Virus record (IMG/VR): IMGVR_UViG_3300046170_000494
Coordinates: 64,001 to 128,000 of that record
DNA: 64,000 nucleotides
Source: a virus
Reading direction: 5' to 3' (one strand)
Shown: piece by piece, positions 9,680-18,317 of the stretch
Position numbering within the stretch: the first letter of the stretch is position 1
How the letters are laid out: every line of letters starts with the position of its first letter
The notes under the pieces: generated by a model
The model's database searches: none
What the model saw: only the letters and a program-made list of their open reading frames with translations
What the model was told of the DNA's origin: nothing
Translations under genes and position numbers: made by a program

Positions 9680-10330
9680 TTAAAAAGAAAAGTTAAATGC
9701 TGCAGACAATAAATCTTCTCCATCCATAGATTCGGAGTCTACTCTCGCATATCCTATAGAGCCTTCAATAGAATCGGTTAGATTTTTTGAAAGAGTCGCG
9801 CCAACTTGATAGTAATCATTATTTTCAAGTCCATACCTATCTGAATTACCGACTGATCCGCCAATAGTTAAGTTTGCGAATTGCAAATCAAAACCGTGTG
9901 ACATTCCTCCTTCGAAGACGTAGTTATTATCACTGGTATCTCTTTGAATTAATAGATAAGGAGATAATACAGTATTCAAGCTCAATCTCACAACTGCATC
10001 GAGTTGACTTTGACCACTCACAATCTCTTCATGCTCAAGGCCAACATAAGCTTTGAGTAAATCTGCAAATTCAGAAGAAGCTCCTACAGAAAAAACATAA
10101 ACACTTTGTCCGTCAGAGAGTTCATCAAAAGAAGATGCCGAACCTTCAAGGGTTAGGCTTTCAATTTCTTGACTGTAACCGACTGAAGCAGAAAGACTTT
10201 CTTCTGTGAGTAAAGAGCCTTTATTGAATGTGTCGCTTCCATATCCAAGGGATACGGAGCCGGATCCAGCGTAAGCTGCGTTAATAAAAAGCGCCGTAAT
10301 GGCGGTAACAGTAATTAATAATTTTTTCAT
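9680..10330 (-). CDS. Putative outer-membrane beta-barrel protein
   Basis: Signal peptide ending AYA, alternating amphipathic strands, C-terminal AAFNFSF with terminal Phe. Confidence 0.7.
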   Translation of the reverse strand: MKKLLITVTAITALFINAAYAGSGSVSLGYGSDTFNKGSLLTEESLSASVGYSQEIESLTLEGSASSFDELSDGQSVYVFSVGASSEFADLLKAYVGLEHEEIVSGQSQLDAVVRLSLNTVLSPYLLIQRDTSDNNYVFEGGMSHGFDLQFANLTIGGSVGNSDRYGLENNDYYQVGATLSKNLTDSIEGSIGYARVDSESMDGEDLLSAAFNFSF

Positions 10331-10342
10331 AATTAAAGTAGG

Positions 10343-10370
10343 ATTATATATTATATATCAATAATGTCAA
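10343..10370 (-). promoter_or_regulatory. sigma70-type promoter
   Basis: TTGACA-N16-TATAAT, 12 nt before ATG 10330. Confidence 0.65.
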
Positions 10371-10819
10371 TCAATTTTTATTTTATTTATAGATTTTCCT
10401 TTTCTGCGAGGTATTTTGATTTCTAATATACCATTATTCATAGATGCAGATATTTTATCAGGATCTAATTCTGATGTAAGCTTAAATGTATTCTTAAATC
10501 CATCTTTAAAGATTTGTTGCTGAACATATTCTCCTTCGATAGATTCTTCTTTTGGGGTTTTATAAGAGACAGAGAGCTTTCCGTTGTCGCATTCGATGTT
10601 GATGTCTTCCTTGGGTATTCCTGGAGTTAGTAGTTCTATTACAGTTTCTTTTTCTCTCGCAATAACATTAGCTTGAACTGGATAATCATCTAAATCATTA
10701 AAATAATCTGTTTCTTCAGGTAATGAGAAGTTAAGGAATAAATCATTTAATAGATTGTTCATTGTTGTTTTTGTTTTATTTGAATCTGGTCTATAGTTTT
10801 TTTTGAAGTAATATGACAT
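10367..10819 (-). CDS. Small heat-shock protein (Hsp20/alpha-crystallin)
   Basis: IELLTPGIPKEDINI...F.NTFKL...DPDKISASMNNGILEIKIPR. Confidence 0.92.
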   Translation of the reverse strand: MSYYFKKNYRPDSNKTKTTMNNLLNDLFLNFSLPEETDYFNDLDDYPVQANVIAREKETVIELLTPGIPKEDINIECDNGKLSVSYKTPKEESIEGEYVQQQIFKDGFKNTFKLTSELDPDKISASMNNGILEIKIPRRKGKSINKIKID

Positions 10820-10858
10820 AATATATTTTATAAGGGTTAATATTGATTTTTCTATATT

Positions 10859-10875
10859 TGCATTCTATGTGCCAA
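10859..10875 (-). promoter_or_regulatory. sigma54 (-24/-12) promoter upstream of hsp20
   Basis: TTGGCACATAGAATGCA: exact GG-N10-GC spacing, one mismatch to TGGCAC-N5-TTGCW. Confidence 0.65.
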
Positions 10876-11472
10876 TTACTTTTTAAATAAAAACGGAGCC
10901 CATTCGGGGCGCTCTTTTTGCAAGGGATGAAAGAAAGGGTATGGGTTTGAAGGCTTTAATTGCTCTCCTTTATAGTTTTTATAAGGATATATTGTGGCTT
11001 TTTTAGAGTTGCATGGTTGACAGGTTAATGTGACATTATGACTCTCTTTTGTGCCACCTTTGCTTTTTGGATAAATATGTTCAATGGTGGTATCTTTTAT
11101 TTCGAACTTATCTCCACAAATTTGACACCTTCCTCTATATCTTTTATATAAATATCTTAAATTCGGCTTTCCTTTTGTTTGATACACCCATTTAGCAGTA
11201 GTTAATAATATTGTTGGTACTGGATATAACTTGTTTGACGCGGCAATAAATGGTTGCTCTTTATAATAAGTTGAACGCTCTTCATCTATCCACTCTTCCC
11301 AATATAAAGGCTCTCCTGATTGAGATAATACTTTAACAGAAGGTTCGTTATTAGAGGTCGATCCGCAAGATATTAATTTTCTTATTCCTTCTTTAGCTGT
11401 AGTTATGTTGATTGGAGTCCAAAAATGAGATAATATTAAAACTACTCTATCTTTGCTATTAATTAAATTCAA
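10876..11472 (-). CDS. HNH endonuclease (McrA-like)
   Basis: CQICG...TIEHIYPKSKGG...NVTLTCQPCNSKK. Confidence 0.9.
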   Translation of the reverse strand: MNLINSKDRVVLILSHFWTPINITTAKEGIRKLISCGSTSNNEPSVKVLSQSGEPLYWEEWIDEERSTYYKEQPFIAASNKLYPVPTILLTTAKWVYQTKGKPNLRYLYKRYRGRCQICGDKFEIKDTTIEHIYPKSKGGTKESHNVTLTCQPCNSKKATIYPYKNYKGEQLKPSNPYPFFHPLQKERPEWAPFLFKK

Positions 11473-11474
11473 GA

Positions 11475-14400
11475 TTAATAAACTACCTGAAAGCTGATTC
11501 TGTTGCTGTTGGTCATGCCGTTGGCTGCGGTTCTTATCTCGATGTGGAAATCAGTTGTGGTGACTGGGTAAGTGTAATGTTCCACTCCGAAATATGCTCC
11601 ACCGTAACCACTTGGATTGCTCGAGCCACTGACGCTGTAATCGGCATGAGGCATGGGGTTGATGAATGTCACTTTGTAAATGCCGGTTGAGACTCGAACG
11701 ATGCTTGCCACATTACCTCCGGTGTGTCCAGTGATGGTGTTGCTGCCTTGTGTGCCATCGAATGTACCCCAGGCTTTGATACCGTATTGTGGTGCGGCCA
11801 AGCCAATCGGGCGATCCTGATGCTGAGCCATGATGCAAAATTCTGCTGCTACAGTAGTAGAATCATTATTTCTCATGGTCACAACATTCATGGAGTCTTT
11901 TGTTAAATTGTTGTAATTGACCAATACATAAGACACACCGTCCGCAATATCAGCCGAGACATTGATCATTGGTGTAGATGTGAAATGCCCGGGTTTGAAT
12001 TGGATGGCATACGATCCGGCGGATACACCGACAGTGGTTACACTTTGAATCCAGTCGTAGTTACTGCTGAGCACGGTGCCATCTGCACCTATTCTGGCAC
12101 TAACAACATTTGACTCGTTGTATCCACCGTTGTAGATGGCATGACCATTCTCGATGAACCAACGTAAATTATTGTTGGCCATATCGGATGAAGCACCATC
12201 ATTGGAGGGTGTGACGTTTGAACCATCTGCATCAGCTAGGAAATGTAAAGAATAGTCACCACTTCCAAAATATTCAATCCGATAAATGATCTCCCAAACG
12301 GTACCACCTGCTGTGGTGTTTGGTTTGATCCAGTGCAATCTGAACACACCAGCGTAACCTGGTCCAGTACTGTCGCAGAATATTGCATCCGGAAGCTCCG
12401 TGTAAAATCCACCGTTTGGACTGCCGCTCACAAGTGTTTTTAAATGATTCAAGCTACCTACGCCGCTGGTGCCACTCTTCTGACCATGATAAACAGCATG
12501 TCCATTGTCAATTATTTGCTGCAATACATTCACACTGTCAATGAAACTCCAACCGTTCCCATGTTGAACACCACCAGTTCCGGTTAGATCATTATTAAAA
12601 GTTGTATAATAGGGGTTTGAATTCTGTGTCCAACTAATGTATTGTATCTGAGAAGTCGTAACTGCATATAATGTCGCAAAAGCTGGACCGCCACCATGGT
12701 AAATAACAATTGAATCGGGTAATTTACCTGCGAAATTGCTGGTAGATTGGACTAGGCTGTTGCCTCCTGCCCCTCCGTCAGGTGGTGCGGTTTTGATTTG
12801 TTCTATGGCATCGCCTGCAGAGTTGACTCGAAAGTAACTACCAGCGTCCAATGTGGCGGGTGTATCTGTCAAATCCACGAACTCGTTGCTTTGAGCGCCA
12901 GGTCTCCACTTGCTGTTCGTGTCATCATACACTAATACCTGGCCATCACTGGGTGGCGTGGTTGTTACATCAACATCAGTCAACTGTTCAACAGATGAAG
13001 CTCCTCCACCACCAGAATCAACAGATCGACCACCGTGATACACCACGTTGCCGTTGTCGATCAATTGCTTCAAGGTGGTTTCACCATTCGGAGTGGTATA
13101 TTGACTAGCAGAGGGTCCTTGGGTCACCAGTCCAGATCCAGTGGCATCATTGTTGCATCGAACATAATAGCTTGAACTACCTGACGAGTCAGTCCAGTGT
13201 GTAAAATATATATAATTTGGTTCTAAATAATTGAATTGATAATTAAACACACCGCCAACTGATGCTCTTTTTATGATGATCCCATCTGGTATCATACCTT
13301 CAAAATTGCTCGTGTTTTGTATCTCCGGATGTGTGCCTGCGCTGCCGGTGTTGTCGGTGTGCCCATGATACAGAGCTCGGCCGTTTTCAACATACCATCG
13401 GAGATTTCCTAATGCGGTGAAGAAGATGGTCAACGTAGTGTTTGGAGTGCCATCTGCATCATTTGAAAAATAAATGCGACGGTCCTGTGTTGATCCATCT
13501 CCAAGATCTTCAAACCGATAACAGACATAATCTGTCTCAATGTGCGCGATATTCAGGATAAACTGCGCACCATTATGTTCATGAACAATCGCATCTGGTA
13601 AGTCAGTGTAAAAATCACTAGCGTTTTTGATTACGCTCAGGCTTCCGGCTCCGCTGGTGCCGCTTTTTTGGCCGTGGAATACCGCCTGTTTGTTGTCGAT
13701 ATATTCTTGAATGCTAGTGTACTGAGGAGACCCACCGATTGATTCGGTTTCAATACCTATACCCTTCGCACCAAACTTAATGAACCCGTTTCCGTTTTTA
13801 TATACATAATATATACCCGTGTCGTTGATGTAATATAGATCAAGCACCCTTACTATACTGGAATTGAGACGATCTATCAGCTGGTCAGGCAATTTTCCAT
13901 CGAACTGGCCGTACGATTGTATTAGACTGTTGTCACCTAAACCTCCATCGGGTGGTGCGGTCTTTATCTGTTCTATGGCGTCTCCCGTGGTGTTGACTCG
14001 TAGATAGCTACCGGCATCCAGAGTGGCAGGTGTGTCTGTCAAGTCTACAAACTCGTTGCTTTGAGTACCAGGTTTCCACTTGTCGTCTGTGTCATCATAC
14101 ACCAACACTTGACCTGCACTGGGTGCGTTTGTTGTTGTGTCCACATCGCTAAGATCGTCAATGTGATCAACCAGCTGATCCAGATTGCTACCGGTTCGAC
14201 CGTAAAACAAAGCGCGACCCGCGGCGATGTAACCTTGTATGTCATCATGCTCTTTGGTGACGTTCACCGCATGCGATCCACCAGTCCATACACCGGTGGT
14301 GTTGTTAAATGCGAACAAATAGTTGCCTGAGTGGCTATTTGATTGGTAATCGAATCGATCCGCACGAGCTTGTGTAAATTTAAATAATCGCAAATTACCG

Positions 14401-15482
14401 TTATGATCTTTGCCAAGTATGGCGTCAGGTATGTCAATCTGACTGGCCAGAGGCACCATTGATTTGACGTCTTCAAGCTGACCGATTCTGCTGGTCACAG
14501 CATCATGGCCATGATACAAAGCTCGCCCGTTCTCGATGTGCCACCGTAAACTGTTTGCGCTGTCTGCGTGAGTGAAGTACGATTTTTGTTGTTGTGTGCC
14601 GTCCGCGTCGTGGTTGTATCTTATCATCCGCAAATCGCTACTGGCATCTCCGTAGTCTTCATTTAAGTACTCTATATAACTAGATGTGACTCTTTTGAGA
14701 CTCAGTAAATATGGGTCATTACTAGAATCATGCGGGATGACAATTTGATCAGGTAGTTCTGTATAGAAATCGGTTACAGCGTTTTTGATTACGCTCAGGC
14801 TTCCGGCTCCGCTGGTGCCACTCTTTTGTCCATGGAATATGGCACGTCCATTGTCAATATACCAACGCAAGGATCCTGCAGATGTGAAAGATATATCGCT
14901 ATCCACAGTGCCAGATGCATCATTGTTGAAAATTATTCTATAATCATAAGTCGATGCGTCGCCAAAATCTTCGTATCGATATCCTATCTTCGTTCCGATA
15001 AAATGCAATGTTAATACGTACTCTGCTCCGCCCTGGTCATGTATAATCGCGTCTGGTAATTTACCATCAAAATTGCTGGCAGCTTGCATGTGACTGTTGT
15101 CACCAACCCCTCCATTAGGTGGCGCTGTTTTGATTTGTTCTATAGCGTCACCTGAAGAGTTGACTCGTAAGTAACCGCCGGCTTCAAAAGCATTAGGAGT
15201 ATCAGTGAGGCTAATAAAGTTGGTTGAAATAGAGATATCTGAAAACTCTAAAGCGTTACCTTCTGCATTTACTTTTAAATATTTTTCAGCTTGAAAGGCT
15301 CCAGGAGTATCAGTTAAACTAATGAAATCTGATGTTAATGCGGATGCTTGATTATCTACATTTCCTTGGTTGTCTATTTTATTTGTAGCTAATTTACCAT
15401 CTTGAGATACAGATAATAGTATTCCTTCTTCGGAGTCTTCGGCAACTATTTTGACAGAATTAGCATTGACAGTTCTTGTCAT
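11475..15482 (-). CDS. Long tail fibre / adhesin-like protein with 8 copies of a ~95-aa domain
   Basis: Four F..LTDTP linker modules, DLSDV-type repeats, 8x (LPD.I ... I[DE]NG.A.[FY]HG); C-terminal KAWGTFDG...VRVSTGIYKVTF fibre tip. GC visibly above the backbone. Confidence 0.7.
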   Translation of the reverse strand: MTRTVNANSVKIVAEDSEEGILLSVSQDGKLATNKIDNQGNVDNQASALTSDFISLTDTPGAFQAEKYLKVNAEGNALEFSDISISTNFISLTDTPNAFEAGGYLRVNSSGDAIEQIKTAPPNGGVGDNSHMQAASNFDGKLPDAIIHDQGGAEYVLTLHFIGTKIGYRYEDFGDASTYDYRIIFNNDASGTVDSDISFTSAGSLRWYIDNGRAIFHGQKSGTSGAGSLSVIKNAVTDFYTELPDQIVIPHDSSNDPYLLSLKRVTSSYIEYLNEDYGDASSDLRMIRYNHDADGTQQQKSYFTHADSANSLRWHIENGRALYHGHDAVTSRIGQLEDVKSMVPLASQIDIPDAILGKDHNGNLRLFKFTQARADRFDYQSNSHSGNYLFAFNNTTGVWTGGSHAVNVTKEHDDIQGYIAAGRALFYGRTGSNLDQLVDHIDDLSDVDTTTNAPSAGQVLVYDDTDDKWKPGTQSNEFVDLTDTPATLDAGSYLRVNTTGDAIEQIKTAPPDGGLGDNSLIQSYGQFDGKLPDQLIDRLNSSIVRVLDLYYINDTGIYYVYKNGNGFIKFGAKGIGIETESIGGSPQYTSIQEYIDNKQAVFHGQKSGTSGAGSLSVIKNASDFYTDLPDAIVHEHNGAQFILNIAHIETDYVCYRFEDLGDGSTQDRRIYFSNDADGTPNTTLTIFFTALGNLRWYVENGRALYHGHTDNTGSAGTHPEIQNTSNFEGMIPDGIIIKRASVGGVFNYQFNYLEPNYIYFTHWTDSSGSSSYYVRCNNDATGSGLVTQGPSASQYTTPNGETTLKQLIDNGNVVYHGGRSVDSGGGGASSVEQLTDVDVTTTPPSDGQVLVYDDTNSKWRPGAQSNEFVDLTDTPATLDAGSYFRVNSAGDAIEQIKTAPPDGGAGGNSLVQSTSNFAGKLPDSIVIYHGGGPAFATLYAVTTSQIQYISWTQNSNPYYTTFNNDLTGTGGVQHGNGWSFIDSVNVLQQIIDNGHAVYHGQKSGTSGVGSLNHLKTLVSGSPNGGFYTELPDAIFCDSTGPGYAGVFRLHWIKPNTTAGGTVWEIIYRIEYFGSGDYSLHFLADADGSNVTPSNDGASSDMANNNLRWFIENGHAIYNGGYNESNVVSARIGADGTVLSSNYDWIQSVTTVGVSAGSYAIQFKPGHFTSTPMINVSADIADGVSYVLVNYNNLTKDSMNVVTMRNNDSTTVAAEFCIMAQHQDRPIGLAAPQYGIKAWGTFDGTQGSNTITGHTGGNVASIVRVSTGIYKVTFINPMPHADYSVSGSSNPSGYGGAYFGVEHYTYPVTTTDFHIEIRTAANGMTNSNRISFQVVY

Positions 15483-15487
15483 GCTAT

Positions 15488-16888
15488 TTATTTTTCAGGT
15501 TTTTCGTGAGTATACCCCATTTTTTTCATTTTGAGGTGATCTTCTAAAGTTTTTGCTTTATAGCCTTTTCCTGTTTTTGGGTCATACATAATATGTGGTT
15601 CAAAATCTTCTTTGGCATAATCTTTTTTGATTTTTTTAGATTGTGCTTTTTTAATTGCTTCTTTTGAAGGATAGTCTTTATCTCCTGGTTTTGCGGCTTT
15701 ATAGTTTTTGCCCATTCTTTTTTTCTTTTTTTGAATGTTTTCCCAAAGACCTGCGTCAGAAGTTCCTCCTTGTTTTTTAAGGATTGCATCTTGTAGAGGC
15801 TTAGGTAATTTTTTTTGCTTTTCGGTTAAACCAGCTTCTCCTTTTTCATATAAAGAGCTTTTCATTTTATCGTATTGCATAGCGCATGTAGCATATGTTT
15901 TATCTTTATCCATTCCAGCTGTATTTACTAAATCTTTATCATAACTTGCGCAATGATCCATAAATGGTTTTTTCATGTAATCTTCAGTAGCTTCAGAAGA
16001 TTCTTCAGGCTCTTCCAAGTTTTCTTCTTCTCCTTTGGTTAATTTAGTAACACTTTTTTTACTCCACATTTTACAACTCCAATAACGAGCTTTTGTTTTT
16101 GGGCCAGGATTAGAACAATTATGACGAGCTCTAAAATTTTTGCGACGACCAGGGTCATCACGTTTTATTTCCATATTTGGGTCACCGAAATTTACTTTAA
16201 CGACATTACCTTTTTCATTTTTAACATAAACAGAAAACTTTTTTGGCCCTTTTGGCGTTCTGAAAGGTTTGTTTAGTTTTTTTCCTTTATTAGCTTCTGC
16301 TGCCCAACTTTCCTCGCTAACATATTCTTCGAAACCTAATTCATCAACATCAATAAAAATTGTACTCCACATTTCATCTGTAAACTCTGGGTCTTCTTGT
16401 AGCTGATGATTATAAATATCTAACTTTGCTTGAATAAAATCTTCTTCTGTAAAAAAGTTTTCTTCTCTTATGCCATCATCGATAAGAACATTTGCAGAAG
16501 CTTTTGCGATATCTTGATCTGCTTTTCTGTATGAATCTTTAACTTTGCCTCCTCTAACCATTTTTAAGAATGTATTCACTCGAGCCATAGCCCATTGACC
16601 TCTACTTTTGCCTGGTCTATGGCTAGAAGAAAATGCTCCTGCGCCTCTGCGATAAACTTTCTTTAATTGAGAAAGGGTAACCTTTTTGCTGTATTTAGAA
16701 TTATGTTCTTTTACCTTAGATTTTAGGGACTCTAGAACTTTTTCTGAAAAGGTAATTTTTCCGCCTTTTCCTCCTGCGCTCCCTGGCTTATTTTTATCTG
16801 AGCCTTTGCGTTTTTCTGATTTTTTTGCGGGTGTTTGCGCTGAACTCTTTGGTCCAGGACGTTTAGCTGAGTGAGATTCATTTTCCAT
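15488..16888 (-). CDS. Lys-rich modular hypothetical protein, possibly head-associated
   Basis: Modules SHRPG...QWAMARVN, LNKPFR...VNFGDP...NFRARHNC...YWSC, GLWENI...KAAKPG; GTGTA motif upstream. Confidence 0.55.
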   Translation of the reverse strand: MENESHSAKRPGPKSSAQTPAKKSEKRKGSDKNKPGSAGGKGGKITFSEKVLESLKSKVKEHNSKYSKKVTLSQLKKVYRRGAGAFSSSHRPGKSRGQWAMARVNTFLKMVRGGKVKDSYRKADQDIAKASANVLIDDGIREENFFTEEDFIQAKLDIYNHQLQEDPEFTDEMWSTIFIDVDELGFEEYVSEESWAAEANKGKKLNKPFRTPKGPKKFSVYVKNEKGNVVKVNFGDPNMEIKRDDPGRRKNFRARHNCSNPGPKTKARYWSCKMWSKKSVTKLTKGEEENLEEPEESSEATEDYMKKPFMDHCASYDKDLVNTAGMDKDKTYATCAMQYDKMKSSLYEKGEAGLTEKQKKLPKPLQDAILKKQGGTSDAGLWENIQKKKKRMGKNYKAAKPGDKDYPSKEAIKKAQSKKIKKDYAKEDFEPHIMYDPKTGKGYKAKTLEDHLKMKKMGYTHEKPEK

Positions 16889-16890
16889 AG

Positions 16891-17925
16891 TTATTTATTA
16901 CACAATAAATTGTAATCATTATCGTACATTTTTTGAACTAATTTTTTAAAATTTGTTTTTCTTTTCCAACCCAATTCTTTTTCAGCTAAAGATGGATCTC
17001 CGCATAGTTTATGAACTTCTGCAGGTCGGTAGAATTTAGGGTTTACCTCAAAAATTAATTGACCATCTAAAGTATAATATTTTTCATTATCTTCAGATCC
17101 AGAAGATTTAAATTGAATTCCTGCACATTTTAAGGTTTCATTTAAAAACTCTCTCACGGTATGCATTTCACCGCTGCCTAGAACATAATTTTTAGGTTTT
17201 TCTTGATTAAGCATGAGCCAAACGCCTTCCATGAAATCTTCTGCGTCGCTCCAATCTCTTTTAGCTTCTAGGTTTCCGAGTTTTAAAACAGGTATTTGTT
17301 TTTTGTCTTCTATAGCTAATTTTATTCTGGCTACCGTATGGCTAATTTTTCTTGTTACAAAATCCAAGCCTCTTCTTGATCCTTCATGATTAAATAGCCA
17401 ACCTTGAACTGCGTACAAGTTGTAAGATTCCCTGTAAACCCTGACAATATGTCTAGCTGCGCATTTCGCGGCGCCATATGGGCTTTGCGGTCTGAGGGGA
17501 TGGTTTTCGTCTTGAGGAGAGAAAACAACGTCACCAAATTCTTCACTGCTTCCAGCATTGTAAAATCTACAGTGAGGAGAAAACCTTCTAATTGATTCTA
17601 AAATATGTAGCACTGCATTAGAATCTGTTTCCCACGTTTGTATTGGATAATTCCAACTCCCAGCTACAAAAGATTGTGCAGCAAAATTTATGAAAAAATC
17701 TGGCTGTAAATCAATCACTATATCGCGAATACTATGTGCGTCGTTTAAATCCATATCAATTAGCTCAAATCGCGATTCATTTTCTAGATGTAAAATATTT
17801 TCATGGTTTTTCACGCTTAAGCGTCGCGCTGTACCGTATATTTTATAATTTGTATTTTTTAAAAGATAGTCAATCATGTGACTACCATCTTGACCTGTTA
17901 CTCCTGTTACTATAATTTTTTTCAT
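16891..17925 (-). CDS. gmd: GDP-mannose 4,6-dehydratase
   Basis: TGVTGQDG, AAQSFV, SSEEFG, SPYGAAK, LFNHE, FVTRKI, LGNLEAKRDW, RPAEV. Confidence 0.93.
   Translation of the reverse strand: MKKIIVTGVTGQDGSHMIDYLLKNTNYKIYGTARRLSVKNHENILHLENESRFELIDMDLNDAHSIRDIVIDLQPDFFINFAAQSFVAGSWNYPIQTWETDSNAVLHILESIRRFSPHCRFYNAGSSEEFGDVVFSPQDENHPLRPQSPYGAAKCAARHIVRVYRESYNLYAVQGWLFNHEGSRRGLDFVTRKISHTVARIKLAIEDKKQIPVLKLGNLEAKRDWSDAEDFMEGVWLMLNQEKPKNYVLGSGEMHTVREFLNETLKCAGIQFKSSGSEDNEKYYTLDGQLIFEVNPKFYRPAEVHKLCGDPSLAEKELGWKRKTNFKKLVQKMYDNDYNLLCNK
16899..16903 (-). promoter_or_regulatory. GTGTA promoter motif
   Basis: GTGTA-N10-ATG (16888), lying inside the gmd 3' end. Confidence 0.6.
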
Positions 17926-18317
17926 TTTAACATTAAAATTGAATTAATTGTATTTTCCGTCATCGGTGTCGGTAAAGAATTTTCTTCTATATTATAATAT
18001 CCCCATTCATCATGTTCAAAAAAATCTTTTGCATTTTCATTTGGAAAAATTAAGTCTCCTAATTCAGAATGAAAAACTGCAAATTTATCCGTTCCACCCA
18101 TATCATAAGATGATAAAAACTTTGTGTTTTCTTTATCAAGGGTAATAAGGGTTTCTTCATAAACTTCTCTAATTGCAGCTAGTTTTGGGTCTTCGTTTGA
18201 TTCTATCATTCCGCAAGGCATTGACCAGTGCTCTGCGAAGTTATGACAAATATGGCTGCGCCGACCCAAAAGCACTAAATTATTAAAAGTTAACAATACT
18301 CCTGCTGCTTTATACAT
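17922..18317 (-). CDS. NUDIX hydrolase
   Basis: Nudix box GMIESNEDPKLAAIREVYEET. Confidence 0.88.
   Translation of the reverse strand: MYKAAGVLLTFNNLVLLGRRSHICHNFAEHWSMPCGMIESNEDPKLAAIREVYEETLITLDKENTKFLSSYDMGGTDKFAVFHSELGDLIFPNENAKDFFEHDEWGYYNIEENSLPTPMTENTINSILMLK

Noticed and set aside
10857-10875. CIRCE/HrcA operator upstream of hsp20
   Set aside because: Spacing and right arm do not fit TTAGCACTC-N9-GAGTGCTAA; the sigma54 GG-N10-GC pattern fits better.
11475-15482. Diversity-generating retroelement TR/VR pair
   Set aside because: No reverse transcriptase in the window; repeat differences are not adenine-specific and all copies are coding.
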